Shown here piece by piece: positions 43,474 to 55,572 of a stretch of DNA of 64,000 bases. Within the stretch, counting starts at the first letter, position 1; the number at the start of each line of letters is the position of its first letter. This stretch comes from a plasmid: the sequence record NZ_CP110904.1; one strand, written 5' to 3'. The position numbers and the translations under genes were made by a program. Below the pieces are notes generated by a model, which worked only from the letters and a program-made list of their open reading frames with translations, had not been told where the DNA came from and did not search any database.

Positions 43474-45129
43474 CCTAGATTCTACGTCAGTACTTCAAAA
43501 AGCATAATCAAAGCCTTGATAAATATGCATTCCTTCGAAATTCAGCTTTCACCCATTGGGTGAAAGAAAAGTGCTCAAAAATATGTTAAATTATCAGCTT
43601 TTATGACTCGATATATGGTAAAATAATAGTAAGAAAAGTAGTAAAAAGGGGTTCTAATTATGATTAATAAAATTGATTTCAAAGCTAAGAATCTAACATC
43701 AAATGCAGGTCTTTTTCTGCTCCTTGAGAATGCAAAAAGCAATGGGATTTTTGATTTTATTGAAAATGACCTCGTATTTGATAATGACTCAACAAATAAA
43801 ATCAAGATGAATCATATAAAGACCATGCTCTGCGGTCACTTCATTGGCATTGATAAGTTAGAACGTCTAAAGCTACTTCAAAATGATCCCCTCGTCAACG
43901 AGTTTGATATTTCCGTAAAAGAACCTGAAACAGTGTCACGGTTTCTAGGAAACTTCAACTTCAAGACAACCCAAATGTTTAGAGACATTAATTTTAAAGT
44001 CTTTAAAAAACTGCTCACTAAAAGTAAATTGACATCCATTACGATTGATATTGATAGTAGTGTAATTAACGTAGAAGGTCATCAAGAAGGTGCGTCAAAA
44101 GGATATAATCCTAAGAAACTGGGAAACCGATGCTACAATATCCAATTTGCATTTTGCGACGAATTAAAAGCATATGTTACCGGATTTGTAAGAAGTGGCA
44201 ATACTTACACTGCAAACGGTGCTGCGGAAATGATCAAAGAAATTGTTGCTAACATCAAATCAGACGATTTAGAAATTTTATTTCGAATGGATAGTGGCTA
44301 CTTTGATGAAAAAATTATCGAAACGATAGAATCTCTTGGATGCAAATATTTAATTAAAGCCAAAAGTTATTCTACACTCACCTCACAAGCAACGAATTCA
44401 TCAATTGTATTCGTTAAAGGAGAAGAAGGTAGAGAAACTACAGAACTGTATACAAAATTAGTTAAATGGGAAAAAGACAGAAGATTTGTCGTATCTCGCG
44501 TACTGAAACCAGAAAAAGAAAGAGCACAATTATCACTTTTAGAAGGTTCCGAATACGACTACTTTTTCTTTGTAACAAATACTACCTTGCTTTCTGAAAA
44601 AGTAGTTATATACTATGAAAAGCGTGGTAATGCTGAAAACTATATCAAAGAAGCCAAATACGACATGGCGGTGGGTCATCTCTTGCTAAAGTCATTTTGG
44701 GCGAATGAAGCCGTGTTTCAAATGATGATGCTTTCATATAACCTATTTTTGTTGTTCAAGTTTGATTCCTTGGACTCTTCAGAATACAGACAGCAAATAA
44801 AGACCTTTCGTTTGAAGTATGTATTTCTTGCAGCAAAAATAATCAAAACCGCAAGATATGTAATCATGAAGTTGTCGGAAAACTATCCGTACAAGGGAGT
44901 GTATGAAAAATGTCTGGTATAATAAGAATATCATCAATAAAATTGAGTGTTGCTCTGTGGATAACTTGCAGAGTTTATTAAGTATCATTGCAGCAAAGAT
45001 GAAATCAATGATTTATCAAAAATGATTGAAAGGTGGTTGTAAATAATGTTACAATGTGTGAGAAGCAGTCTAAATTCTTCGTGAAATAGTGATTTTTGAA
45101 GCTAATAAAAAACACACGTGGAATTTAGG
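43474..45129 (+). mobile_element. ISEcp1 (IS1380 family), 1656 bp
   Basis: IRL CCTAGATTCTACGT at 43474 and IRR ACGTGGAATTTAGG ending at 45129. Confidence 0.9.
43660..44922 (+). CDS. tnpA: ISEcp1 transposase
   Basis: 420 aa MINKIDFKAKNLTSNAGLFLLLENAKSNGIFDF... Confidence 0.95.
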   Translation: MINKIDFKAKNLTSNAGLFLLLENAKSNGIFDFIENDLVFDNDSTNKIKMNHIKTMLCGHFIGIDKLERLKLLQNDPLVNEFDISVKEPETVSRFLGNFNFKTTQMFRDINFKVFKKLLTKSKLTSITIDIDSSVINVEGHQEGASKGYNPKKLGNRCYNIQFAFCDELKAYVTGFVRSGNTYTANGAAEMIKEIVANIKSDDLEILFRMDSGYFDEKIIETIESLGCKYLIKAKSYSTLTSQATNSSIVFVKGEEGRETTELYTKLVKWEKDRRFVVSRVLKPEKERAQLSLLEGSEYDYFFFVTNTTLLSEKVVIYYEKRGNAENYIKEAKYDMAVGHLLLKSFWANEAVFQMMMLSYNLFLLFKFDSLDSSEYRQQIKTFRLKYVFLAAKIIKTARYVIMKLSENYPYKGVYEKCLV

Positions 45130-45202
45130 TTTCATTCTGGCGACGTCCGTATTTGCCTTTCGGAAGCATAAAATCGGACGCGTTGTGGCTCGCTTCAGGT
45201 AA

Positions 45203-46132
<930 letters not shown>

Positions 46133-46178
46133 TAGCGGAAACGGAATGGGGAAACTCATTCCGTTTTTGTTTATCGCC

Positions 46179-46424
46179 TTAGACGGCAAAAGTGCTGTCG
46201 CCCACCTGCGCTTGCGCATACCAGGCCATAAGCTCCGTGGTTCCTGGTTCTCCTTCCGCTGGAGCCCAGTGCGCATAGTCATCGGCAGCCACGGGTTGAT
46301 AGCCACCGTGTTTTACTTCAAAAATTATGCCACCGGTATCCAGCGACAGCACGGCATGCCAGGTTCCTGCGGCCATCTCCAGCACCGTACAGGTTTCCCC
46401 TAATATACCGGGGCTAGCTTTCAC
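46179..46424 (-). pseudogene. orf477: orf477/wbuC-like cupin gene remnant typical of ISEcp1-blaCTX-M transposition units
   Basis: 81-aa ORF MKASPGILGETCTVLEMAAGTWHAVLSLDTGGIIFEVKHGGYQP... directly 3' of blaCTX-M. Confidence 0.6.
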
Positions 46425-46522
46425 AGTTGTCCATGACCAGTGTTTGGCCGTTGATACCTTTAAGACCCAGCTGGCTGGGTCTCTCGCCAGAGCCCTCTAA
46501 TTAAGCTTTATCAGGAAGCAAG

Positions 46523-47764
46523 CTAAAGGATATTTAACCTTTTTGTTTCATCTATCCACGGTCTAAATTCTTCCAGTAAGTTATCGTATAATTTTTCATC
46601 GCTGATAGAGCCGAAGTCATCCATTGCAAAGAAATGGGTGTTATCAACGCGGCGGTCTGTAAAATCATCCAGGTTTTTCAGGATTCCGTAGCTAGATCCA
46701 CCGAGGCCGACAAATTTCCAGAAGATCGGGAAGTTGGCTGAGCGCCGGATAGCATTCTTAATTGCTCCGGTCTTGCTTATCCCGCCATCGGTAATAAACA
46801 CTATGTAAACCGGGATTTTTGAGTCTTTGAAGTAGTCGACAATTTCTTCCATTACCGGTGGTTCATTGTTAGTCCCACCAAGCCCCGGCAAATTTTCCCA
46901 GGCTGAACGCTTTCCGGATCCACGAATGGTCTGAATGTAATCGTCAAGGTTATCCAGAGTGACATTTGGATACTTCTTATGCTTCTCTCCAAAGCCCCAG
47001 ACATCCATTTCGCCATCGTCATCGAACTGGGCGGCAAGGACGGCGATGCGATCCAGCACGGACTGAACGTTACCCTTACTGAACTGGCCACTCATTGAGC
47101 CGGACGCGTCAAGAACAAACGCAACTGCTGCCTCCAGGGTTTCCAGTTTATTTTTAGTGAGGCTGACTGAGGCCTTTTTAGCGAGACTTACAAGTCGCGG
47201 AGATTTTGTTTCGAGCTTCTTTTCCAGACTGATACGAGCAGGTTGTGCTGGCTGCGGAGCTGTCTGTGCAACATCAACACCATAACTCATCGCCAGGGGC
47301 TCAAGCCCACCGTTGAAACCGAGGCCAAGCGCCCGTAGCTTCCAACTGCCGTTATGGCGATACACCTCCGCCACGATAATAGCTTTCTCGCTGCGCCCTG
47401 CTGTTTCGGGATCAAACGATGCAATACCGGAGGCCTGCAAATTCAGATTCTGCAAGCCTGTAATAGTATCGCTTCCGTCTATCACGAGGGTTATGGCGAT
47501 TTTCTGAACAGCCGAGGAAACGCGGTTAAGATCAATATGTACGCTTGATTGCTGCGTCCCTGCCGTCAGTTTTAAAGCCCCCTCCGGTGAACTCAGGTTA
47601 TTGAAAAAGATGAAATCGTTATCACCGCTCACCTTACCTTGTGCGTTGAGCATGAAAACGCAGGTGTCGGGTTCGCCGTTAAAACCGGGACGTACCGGGT
47701 ATCGCAAATTAAGAGTGACTGATGATGAAGATAGAAGGATATTTTGACCTGACTGTAATTGCAT
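46523..47764 (-). CDS. terF: TerF (TerD-domain plus vWA-domain tellurite resistance protein)
   Basis: 413 aa; N-terminal TerD-like domain and C-terminal vWA-like region FVLDASGSM. Confidence 0.85.
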   Translation of the reverse strand: MQLQSGQNILLSSSSVTLNLRYPVRPGFNGEPDTCVFMLNAQGKVSGDNDFIFFNNLSSPEGALKLTAGTQQSSVHIDLNRVSSAVQKIAITLVIDGSDTITGLQNLNLQASGIASFDPETAGRSEKAIIVAEVYRHNGSWKLRALGLGFNGGLEPLAMSYGVDVAQTAPQPAQPARISLEKKLETKSPRLVSLAKKASVSLTKNKLETLEAAVAFVLDASGSMSGQFSKGNVQSVLDRIAVLAAQFDDDGEMDVWGFGEKHKKYPNVTLDNLDDYIQTIRGSGKRSAWENLPGLGGTNNEPPVMEEIVDYFKDSKIPVYIVFITDGGISKTGAIKNAIRRSANFPIFWKFVGLGGSSYGILKNLDDFTDRRVDNTHFFAMDDFGSISDEKLYDNLLEEFRPWIDETKRLNIL

Positions 47765-47779
47765 GACTCTGTTCCTTGT

Positions 47780-48430
47780 TTAGTAACCGTAGTCTCTGCC
47801 ACCCTTTACCCGGGTTCTGGCCTGAAGTGCTGAAATACACTCATCGCGCTTTTGCTTGTTCGAAAAGTTGATGCGTCGGGATCCGAAATCACCATGGATA
47901 TAGAAGTTGACACCTTTCTCGCGTGTGATATTCGATATTTTTCGAATCTCAATGCTGTCTTGCTCACCCATCCTGCTCAGAAACTTGAGACGAAGCCAGT
48001 CACCCAATCCCATATTGCCTAAATCTGCTGGAAGAATTATCGTTCTGTCATTGTCGTTAAAAATTATACCGAAATATTCTATGGCGATGCGTTCCGCCAT
48101 TTTTTTCATTGGCCAGATCATTACAAGTGGATAGAGAACGAACATAACTCTTGCTATATAATGTGATATTTCTGGCGATACAAATTTGACGGGAAGCGCA
48201 CTGAGTTGCAGAACGAGCACTGCTGAAACCACAATAACTGCGATAGAGGCACTTAACGTTTTAAAAAGGACGCCAATATCATATACACGTTGAATGTTGG
48301 GGATAGCTGAATATTTTCTTTTTAGCTTTCGGTAGAAAAACATCCCGAATATCAGAAACGGCAGGAACACAAAAAAAGCCACAATAAAAAGTAGTATTAC
48401 TGCTGAACCATCATCTTTTTTCTTTGCCAT
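47780..48430 (-). CDS. Hypothetical membrane protein (216 aa) between terE and terF
   Basis: N-terminal TM segments AVILLFIVAFFVFLPFLIFGMFFY; AT-rich compared with the flanking ter genes. Confidence 0.6.
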   Translation of the reverse strand: MAKKKDDGSAVILLFIVAFFVFLPFLIFGMFFYRKLKRKYSAIPNIQRVYDIGVLFKTLSASIAVIVVSAVLVLQLSALPVKFVSPEISHYIARVMFVLYPLVMIWPMKKMAERIAIEYFGIIFNDNDRTIILPADLGNMGLGDWLRLKFLSRMGEQDSIEIRKISNITREKGVNFYIHGDFGSRRINFSNKQKRDECISALQARTRVKGGRDYGY

Positions 48431-48444
48431 GTGCTAACACCTAT

Positions 48445-48470
48445 AAAAAACCCCGGTGACAGCACCGGGG
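48445..48470 (-). terminator. Rho-independent terminator downstream of terE
   Basis: Minus-strand hairpin CCCCGGTG-CTGT-CACCGGGG followed by TTTTTT. Confidence 0.7.
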
Positions 48471-48488
48471 TTGAGTTTATTTTTATTA

Positions 48489-49064
48489 TTAAATATTCAC
48501 GCCGTGCTGGGTTGCCAGTGCAGATAACCCGCCAGCAAAGCCCTGGCCGACAGCTTTAAACTTCCATTCAGCGCCATGGCGGTACAGTTCGCCAAAGACC
48601 ATTGCAGTTTCGGTTGAGGCGTCTTCAGACAGATCGAAACGAGCAATTTCCGCGCCGTTGTCGTTGTTGTACACGCGCATGAAGCTGTTGCTCACCATGC
48701 CGAAGTTTTGTTTACGCGCTTCTGCATCATAGATGGTAACGGCAAACACCAGTTTTTTGATGTCTGCTGAGACTTTGGTCAGATCGATTTTGACCTGCTC
48801 ATCGTCGCCGTCGCCTTCACCGGTACGGTTGTCACCCTGGTGCTCTACCGCGCCATCAGGACTGGTTTTGTTATTGAAGAAAATGAAATGGGCATCTGAC
48901 AGCACTTTACCGTCTTCGCCTACTGCAAATACGGAAGCGTCCAGGTCAAAACCCTGACCGTCGGTTACACGGGCATCCCAGCCCAGGCCAACCATAGCGA
49001 CATTCATGGTTGGTGCTTCTTTGGTCAGAGATACGTTGCCGCCTTTTACGAGAGAAACTGCCAT
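48489..49064 (-). CDS. terE: TerE tellurite resistance protein (TerD family)
   Basis: 191 aa [32 protein letters not shown]...; GGAG RBS upstream of this ATG. Confidence 0.9.
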   Translation of the reverse strand: MAVSLVKGGNVSLTKEAPTMNVAMVGLGWDARVTDGQGFDLDASVFAVGEDGKVLSDAHFIFFNNKTSPDGAVEHQGDNRTGEGDGDDEQVKIDLTKVSADIKKLVFAVTIYDAEARKQNFGMVSNSFMRVYNNDNGAEIARFDLSEDASTETAMVFGELYRHGAEWKFKAVGQGFAGGLSALATQHGVNI

Positions 49065-49133
49065 TTTAAGCTCCTGCAAACAGTTGAATTAGGGCTGAAT
49101 AAACAGCCCCGGATAAGAAAAGTAACTTTTCGA

Positions 49134-49712
49134 TCAGGACGCGTTAATACCGTACTGAGCACATACAGATGCCAGACCACCAGCATAACCCTGGCCTACT
49201 GCGCGGAATTTCCACTCACCATTGTGACGATACAGCTCGCCAAACAGCATGGCGGTTTCAGTGGACGCATCTTCGGTCAGATCGTAGCGAGCAACTTCAG
49301 TCTGGTTATCGTCATTTACCAGGCGAATAAACGCACCGGATACCTGACCAAAGCTCTGGCGACGAGCCTGAGCATCGTGGATAGTCACAACGAAAATGAT
49401 CTTGTCAACTTCAGACGGGACGGCGTCCAGTTTAATTTTCAGCGATTCATCATCACCATCGCCCTCACCGGTGCGGTTATCGCCGGTGTGCGTTACGGAA
49501 CCGTCGGATGACGTCAGGTTGTTATAGAAGATGAAATCTGAATCGCCGCGCACTTTGCCGTTTGCGGCCAGCAGGAATGCTGAAGCATCCAGGTCAAAGT
49601 CCTGACCGTCTGTTGAACGCGCATCCCAGCCAAGGCCCACCAGGACGTTTTTCATTGACGGAGCTGCTTTACTCAGGGAGACGTTCCCGCCTTTAGAAAG
49701 AGAAACACTCAT
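49134..49712 (-). CDS. terD: TerD tellurite resistance protein
   Basis: 192 aa [48 protein letters not shown]... Confidence 0.95.
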   Translation of the reverse strand: MSVSLSKGGNVSLSKAAPSMKNVLVGLGWDARSTDGQDFDLDASAFLLAANGKVRGDSDFIFYNNLTSSDGSVTHTGDNRTGEGDGDDESLKIKLDAVPSEVDKIIFVVTIHDAQARRQSFGQVSGAFIRLVNDDNQTEVARYDLTEDASTETAMLFGELYRHNGEWKFRAVGQGYAGGLASVCAQYGINAS

Positions 49713-49760
49713 AAAATAACCTCTTCGATTAGTAATTGTTCAGGTTAACACTTCAGGGGA

Positions 49761-50801
49761 TCAGCTCCCCTTTTCCTCAGATTCAGGTTTGCCCGGGAAC
49801 ATGACGCTTGCGAGAATGCCCAGCGCCAGAACACCCAGTACAACATACAGGCTGGTTGTCGCCGCGATGCTGTAACCATGATGCCAGATGTGATCGGTCG
49901 CATTCAGGCCCAGTTTTGCCGCGATAAAGAACAGCAGCACGATAACGGCCTTCTCCAGATGAACCAGGTACTGTTTCAGTGCCTCAAGGACAAAGTACAG
50001 AGTACGCAGGCCCAGGATAGCAAACATCATGGCACTATAGACGATAAGCGGTTCACGACTGACGGCAATGATTGCCGGTACCGAGTCAAACGCGAACATG
50101 ACGTCCGAGAGTTCAACCACAGCCACACACAGGAACAGCGGGGTCGCATACAGCGCCGCTTTTTTACCACGGCCAATGGTGACATCGCTGTTTTCTGGTT
50201 TCGCCAGTTCGGCATCCACTTCCTTCTGGTTAAGCAGGAAGGCATGCCCTCTGAGCTTCGGCCAGATAGGGAAGAAGCGTTTAACCATGCGGTAAGCCAG
50301 ATGCTGGGAGTAATCCTCAATTTCATCATCGTCATCACCGCTTTTAAGCATCATGACCGCCGTCCAGGCAACGATAATAGCGAAGACAACTTCAACGTAC
50401 GGCCCCAGACTCAGCAGGCTCGTACCGATGGCGACAAAGATGCCCCTGAAGACAATGGCACCAATGATCCCCCAGTAGAGAACACGGTGGCGATAACGAT
50501 CCGGAACGGCGAACCAGGAGAAGATGGCCATCATGACGAACAGGTTATCGACCGACAGCACTTTCTCCAGCGCATAACCCGTGACAAACAGACTGGCAAC
50601 CTCAGCACCGTGGTGGATATAGAGGAAACCGGCAAATGCCATCGCAACCACAACCCAGAATACGGACCAGAGCGCCGCACTCTTCAGCGAGATTGGCTTG
50701 TCATCACGGTGCATAAACAGGTCAATAAAGATGGCACCGACTGAAAGCGCAATAAAAACAATGACCGTTTCAGTCGGGAAGCCGATGTGTGTGGAAACCA
50801 T
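49761..50801 (-). CDS. terC: TerC integral membrane tellurite resistance protein
   Basis: 346 aa polytopic TerC-family protein. Confidence 0.9.
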   Translation of the reverse strand: MVSTHIGFPTETVIVFIALSVGAIFIDLFMHRDDKPISLKSAALWSVFWVVVAMAFAGFLYIHHGAEVASLFVTGYALEKVLSVDNLFVMMAIFSWFAVPDRYRHRVLYWGIIGAIVFRGIFVAIGTSLLSLGPYVEVVFAIIVAWTAVMMLKSGDDDDEIEDYSQHLAYRMVKRFFPIWPKLRGHAFLLNQKEVDAELAKPENSDVTIGRGKKAALYATPLFLCVAVVELSDVMFAFDSVPAIIAVSREPLIVYSAMMFAILGLRTLYFVLEALKQYLVHLEKAVIVLLFFIAAKLGLNATDHIWHHGYSIAATTSLYVVLGVLALGILASVMFPGKPESEEKGS

Positions 50802-50823
50802 ATTTTACCCTTAGGGATGTGGA

Positions 50824-51279
50824 TCAGAGGCCAAATTCAGCCGGGTCGAAGCCCAACGCGATAGCGATCTCGCGGGAGGCCAGTTTCTCGTCCTGATCGA
50901 AGTTACCGTCACTTTTTGCAACGGCAATACCAACACGTAAGGCCAGCTGAGCGGCCTCAGGCTGATCTTTCAACGCCAGGATGTATTTCATGGTTTCGCC
51001 CTTGCCGATTTCAACATCGAAATCGAAGCTTGAAACCAGTTTATTGAAGAACTCGATCACCTCATTGGTATCGAATACCTTCAGCTCTTCTGAAGAGCGA
51101 AGAAAGCCCATCATTTTCTGCTTTTCTTCCGAACTCACGCCGTCACTCGATACGGCAATACGGGCACATACAGCAACGGTACCGTGCATAAATTTTTTGT
51201 TTTTGAAACGGCCAACCTGGCGGGTCAGTTCGTCCCGGCCAGAGTTAATGGCACCTTTTACCTTGTCGAAAAAGCTCAT
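50824..51279 (-). CDS. terB: TerB tellurite resistance protein
   Basis: 151 aa MSFFDKVKGAINSGRDELTRQVGRFKNKKFMHGTV...; the listed ORF has a non-native N-terminal extension. Confidence 0.9.
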   Translation of the reverse strand: MSFFDKVKGAINSGRDELTRQVGRFKNKKFMHGTVAVCARIAVSSDGVSSEEKQKMMGFLRSSEELKVFDTNEVIEFFNKLVSSFDFDVEIGKGETMKYILALKDQPEAAQLALRVGIAVAKSDGNFDQDEKLASREIAIALGFDPAEFGL

Positions 51280-51301
51280 ACCTGTTTCCTTTGTTGCTGT
51301 G

Positions 51302-52459
51302 TTATTTAGAACCGGCGCTCCAGCGAAATCCCCAGCCAAATGCCCGGTCCATTTCGTCCTGGCCTTTGAAGTACTGGTTAATTCGCTCGACTTTAATTGC
51401 ACCGTTTTCGTTTACGAGTCTGGCAATGGCGCACAATGTGCGACGGTTTTCACCTTCGGTCAGGCGGGTCTCAATGGGCGGTTGATCCGGCACATGAATA
51501 GTGACCACACCATCAGTCTTGTCCCAGCTGGGAACACCTTCATAAATAAAGGCGTAAATCAGCACTTCGCGGATATGCTTCCATTCACGTCCATTGATAT
51601 GCAGCCACTCGCCGTCTGATACATCACCCGTCCGGTCATCTCCCTTGAGCTGAACATACGGTTCATCGCGATAATCACCGAATGCATTACCGAGCGCCTG
51701 AATGACCGATTTATACCCGTCCTGAAGCTCAACAAAGGCCCCCAGATCCAGGTCGATTCCTTTGGAGCCGAACATGCCTGCAAAGCCGGATTTGCCGCTG
51801 CCTCGGTGCCAGTTCAGGTTGATCCGGATTTCACCGAAGTTATCCCGTTTGGTCAGGCTGATTGCAGGCTTCTCTTTTGTCAGCGATACCTTGCTCAGGC
51901 TGATTTTTGTCTCAACTGGCGGAGGGGTTACAACCGGAGGAGTCGGGGCTGCGGGAGCAGGTTCGTCGGCAATATTTACGCCGAAATGCTCTGCCAGCGG
52001 TTTAAGTCCACCGTTGAACCCCTGCGCAACAAAGCGGAATTTCCAGTCATTATTACGACGGTAAAATTCACCCAGAATTAAGGCTGCTTCCTGACGGCCG
52101 CTCAATTCGACACTGCCGCTAACCAGGCCGGTAGCCCCTTGCTCCACGTCGATGGAAAGATTACGAAGACCGGACACCGTCTGCCCACCGTCACAGGTCA
52201 CGGTGAACGCAATTTTTTGGACATCAGGTTTCAGCCGGTTGAGCGCGACAGTAAAGGTTGAGTACTGGCCTTCACTGACCAGGCTGACGGTACCATCATC
52301 GTTACGTGGCTGACCATAGAACACCATGTCCGCATCACCCTGCACCTTCCCGTCGGCATACAGGCGAAACGCCGAAGCATCCACCTGGCCGCCCGAGGTG
52401 ATCCGGACCCGCAACTCCTGGGCTGGAACGGGGGCATTGCCCCCCGGCGTCAGGTTCAT
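51302..52459 (-). CDS. terA: TerA tellurite resistance protein (tandem TerD-like domains)
   Basis: 385 aa. Confidence 0.9.
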   Translation of the reverse strand: MNLTPGGNAPVPAQELRVRITSGGQVDASAFRLYADGKVQGDADMVFYGQPRNDDGTVSLVSEGQYSTFTVALNRLKPDVQKIAFTVTCDGGQTVSGLRNLSIDVEQGATGLVSGSVELSGRQEAALILGEFYRRNNDWKFRFVAQGFNGGLKPLAEHFGVNIADEPAPAAPTPPVVTPPPVETKISLSKVSLTKEKPAISLTKRDNFGEIRINLNWHRGSGKSGFAGMFGSKGIDLDLGAFVELQDGYKSVIQALGNAFGDYRDEPYVQLKGDDRTGDVSDGEWLHINGREWKHIREVLIYAFIYEGVPSWDKTDGVVTIHVPDQPPIETRLTEGENRRTLCAIARLVNENGAIKVERINQYFKGQDEMDRAFGWGFRWSAGSK

Positions 52460-53040
52460 TAGCGGATAACCGCTGAAACGATATCGGAGTGCATATCGTC
52501 AATTGTGCGGCCGCGACAGGCATGGCCAAGGGCGGTAAAGTCCCAGTTGCCGTTATTACGGCGCAGCGAAGAAATAACGATCCCGGTATGTGAGCCCTGC
52601 TCAGTCAGCTTGTAGCGAGCCAGCTCTTTGCCGGTTTGATCGACAACGCGGCAGAACGCGTTTTCGACGTCATTGAACGACTGACCACGGAAGCTGTTTA
52701 CCGTAAACGCCAGGTATTCAACGTTTGCAGGCAGTCGGGAGAGGTTGACCTTAATCACTTCATCGTCACCGTCACCCTCACCGGTCAGGTTATCGCCACT
52801 GTGCACAACAGCGCCGCAGGTGGATTCCAGTTTGCGGAACCAGATGGTGTCAATTGTTTTACCGGTGCTGTCCATTAATACGCAGCCAGCATCGAGATCG
52901 ATTGAGTCGTTGCCTCCAAACAATCCTCCAAGAAGACCTTTTTTCTTAACCGGATCCCAACCGAGACCGAAATGAAGCTGGCTTAATGCAGATGATTCTT
53001 TGCTGAGTGATACCGTCTGGTTCTTAACTAATGAAACCAT
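52459..53040 (-). CDS. terZ: TerZ tellurite resistance protein (TerD family)
   Basis: 193 aa MVSLVKNQTVSLSKESSALSQLHFGLGWDP... Confidence 0.9.
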   Translation of the reverse strand: MVSLVKNQTVSLSKESSALSQLHFGLGWDPVKKKGLLGGLFGGNDSIDLDAGCVLMDSTGKTIDTIWFRKLESTCGAVVHSGDNLTGEGDGDDEVIKVNLSRLPANVEYLAFTVNSFRGQSFNDVENAFCRVVDQTGKELARYKLTEQGSHTGIVISSLRRNNGNWDFTALGHACRGRTIDDMHSDIVSAVIR

Positions 53041-53361
53041 ATTTTATTCCTTAAAATGGTAATGACCGAGACAATCAAAGGGTTGTTTATTAACTGACGA
53101 AGAAAATCATATCATGATGAAGTTCTCTGACAAGGGAAATTTTGGTAGTTTTCTGTAAAAACACAAAAAGAAAATCTTTTCAGGGTGTTAATTTTCTATG
53201 TTTAATTTAAATATCAATACTTTATCGGGAATCCAAAAAATACTGACTCACTCCATAACCACAGAAGTTATTAATCATATTATGATTGACATGTAGCTTA
53301 GACACTCATAGACTCACTTCTCAATCATAAATTTGCATGGCGTTCCGGATAATTAAAAAAA
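53041..53361 (+). promoter_or_regulatory. AT-rich divergent intergenic region between terZ and the ter-linked biosynthetic cluster
   Basis: 321-bp AT-rich spacer between divergently oriented operons; individual promoters not mapped. Confidence 0.4.
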
Positions 53362-54420
53362 ATGAACAAGAAAATTTGGTTTATGGAAGGTTTATCCTCC
53401 CAGCGAGATATTATTCAGGGGGTAAAATCATTTGCACAAAAAAATAATTTTGCCATTACCGTTTTTGCCTCCCACCGTAACGAAAGAAATGAAATCCTTT
53501 CCGTTGCCGATTATTCTTTGACTGAACCTGAAGATCCTCAAAAACGTCTCCAGTTTATTCAGGAAACCATTCAGACCTACGGCATCCACCATATTCATAC
53601 TGGCCGTAACAGCCAGTGGTTTGAAGAACACCGTTCAGACATTGAATCGACCGGTGCCACCCTTACTACCGGTGCAACGAGCGTCGACTGGTTAACTCTG
53701 GCTGACGAAAAAGTTACTTTTGCTCAGTTTATGGAGCAAAAGGGACTCCCGGTTGTACCATCCTGGCGGGTGAATACGCTGGCAGAATTAAAGACACACC
53801 TCGCGTCCCCGCCGTTCACTGACAGCCCGGTATGCGTGAAGCCGGTGACGGGTATCTATGGCATGGGATTCTGGCGCTTTGATGACAGTGCTTCGCCTAT
53901 GGCCGTCTTTAATCATCCCGAACATCGTCTGGTCAGTCCGCAACAGTATATTGCAGCAGCATCAGCTGCTGAGTCGTTTAAACCCCTTGTTTTGATGCCG
54001 TACCTGCCAGGCCCGGAATTTTCCGTCGATATCCTCGCGGATAAGGGCGAAATACTCGCAGCCGTGGGACGCCGTAAGGAAGGGGCTATCCAGTATCTGG
54101 TAAACGAAGGTAGCGCCTGGGAACTGGCGTGTGACTGCGCCCGGGTTATGAAGGCCGACGGGCTGGTGAATGTTCAGACGCGAAACGATGTGAATGGCAA
54201 CCCGGTGCTGCTTGAAACCAACATGCGTCCGTCAGGGGGGGTGGGTTATACCCTTCACAGCGGGGTGAACCTTCCTGGGTTATTTGCTGCCTTTAAGCTC
54301 GGTCTGATGTCTGAAGATATGGTGCGCCAGAGCGCTAAAAACACCTTTTCTCCGGTTGCGGTGAGATCCATTACGGATGTAATTGCATACCCGGAATCAC
54401 TCTCTAACCTTTTGAATTAA
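53362..54420 (+). CDS. ATP-grasp enzyme of the ter-linked gene cluster
   Basis: 352 aa; ATP-grasp-like core (...LMPYLPGPEFSVDIL..., ...LLETNMRPSGG...). Confidence 0.7.
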   Translation: MNKKIWFMEGLSSQRDIIQGVKSFAQKNNFAITVFASHRNERNEILSVADYSLTEPEDPQKRLQFIQETIQTYGIHHIHTGRNSQWFEEHRSDIESTGATLTTGATSVDWLTLADEKVTFAQFMEQKGLPVVPSWRVNTLAELKTHLASPPFTDSPVCVKPVTGIYGMGFWRFDDSASPMAVFNHPEHRLVSPQQYIAAASAAESFKPLVLMPYLPGPEFSVDILADKGEILAAVGRRKEGAIQYLVNEGSAWELACDCARVMKADGLVNVQTRNDVNGNPVLLETNMRPSGGVGYTLHSGVNLPGLFAAFKLGLMSEDMVRQSAKNTFSPVAVRSITDVIAYPESLSNLLN

Positions 54421-54423
54421 GGC

Positions 54424-55572
54424 GTGTTTATGTCTGATAACCTCGAAGATATGATTTATCGCCGTACCCTCTCATGCGGTACGATTCAGGTAATCCGCGA
54501 TCAGGGTGAAGTTTCGCTCGATGACCTGTTTGATATCGCTGAAAGACGTAACCCGAAACGCGCCTTTCTGTTTGTCAGCAAAGTACTCGGCAGGCACATT
54601 CCCGTGCCACCCTCAGTCATGCGGCAGGCCTACAGACAGCTTGCCAGCCAGTTCCCCTCAACGCTAACAGGGCCCGTACTGTTTATCGGTATGGCTGAAA
54701 CCGCCGTTGGGCTTGGGGCCGGTGTGTTTGATGAAGTGCGCCACCAGCATCGTGAATCTGTATATCTGACCTCTACCCGTCACCCGGTTGATGGCACGTT
54801 GCTTTGCGAGTTCAAGGAAGAACACAGCCACGCCACTGATCATCTGATCTATCTGCCAGATGATGAAGATAAAAGACGTCGTGTTACCAACGCGCGAACG
54901 CTGGTTTTGATTGATGACGAGGCAACCACCGGTAATACCTTTATTAACCTGCTTTCTGCCCTGCGTAATACCGGCAAGCTTCAACATATTGAACAGGTTA
55001 TCGCCGTTACGCTTACCGACTGGAGTGGCAAAGCCTTGTCCGAGCGCAGCACCTTACCCGTCACTTCTGTTTCTCTTGTAAGCGGTCAGTGGGGATGGAC
55101 CACATTACCAGATGCACCGGTCCCGGACATGCCAAAAGTCAACGTAACTTCACGCGGAGAATGGGACATCCAGGGGAAACAGTCATGGGGTCGACTGGGG
55201 ATGCTCGCACCTGCGGCCGATCTCGGCCATGAGGTTTCCGTCCGCAAAGGGGAGCGTGTTCTGGTTCTCGGGACAGGGGAATTCGTCTGGGAGCCGTTCC
55301 TGCTTGCAGAACGGCTCGAAGCTGCCGGGGCAAAGGCATTTTACGGTTCGACTACCCGCTCCCCTATCGCCGTTGGTTATGCCATTGAGTCCGCCATTTC
55401 CTTTACGGATAACTACGGGCTGGGCATCCCCAATTTTGTCTATAACGTCGCCCACCAGCAGTTTGACCGCATTCTTGTGTGTACTGAGACACCCGCAGAA
55501 AGTATTGACGCGCAGCTTCTTAAGGCGCTGGCTGAGGTTGCGCCCGTCGTGGAGATTGTTACCTATGAATAA
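54424..55572 (+). CDS. Phosphoribosyltransferase-like protein, ter-linked
   Basis: 382 aa; PRPP-binding-type motif VLIDDEATTGNT. Confidence 0.7.
   Translation: MFMSDNLEDMIYRRTLSCGTIQVIRDQGEVSLDDLFDIAERRNPKRAFLFVSKVLGRHIPVPPSVMRQAYRQLASQFPSTLTGPVLFIGMAETAVGLGAGVFDEVRHQHRESVYLTSTRHPVDGTLLCEFKEEHSHATDHLIYLPDDEDKRRRVTNARTLVLIDDEATTGNTFINLLSALRNTGKLQHIEQVIAVTLTDWSGKALSERSTLPVTSVSLVSGQWGWTTLPDAPVPDMPKVNVTSRGEWDIQGKQSWGRLGMLAPAADLGHEVSVRKGERVLVLGTGEFVWEPFLLAERLEAAGAKAFYGSTTRSPIAVGYAIESAISFTDNYGLGIPNFVYNVAHQQFDRILVCTETPAESIDAQLLKALAEVAPVVEIVTYE

Noticed and set aside
46146-46403. 85-aa plus-strand ORF downstream of blaCTX-M
   Set aside because: It overlaps the better-supported minus-strand orf477/wbuC cupin remnant and is probably its antisense shadow.
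49085-49133. Possible terminator hairpin GGGCTG...CAGCCC between terD and terE
   Set aside because: The stem is not followed by a T-tract on the transcribed strand, so it is weak and not called.
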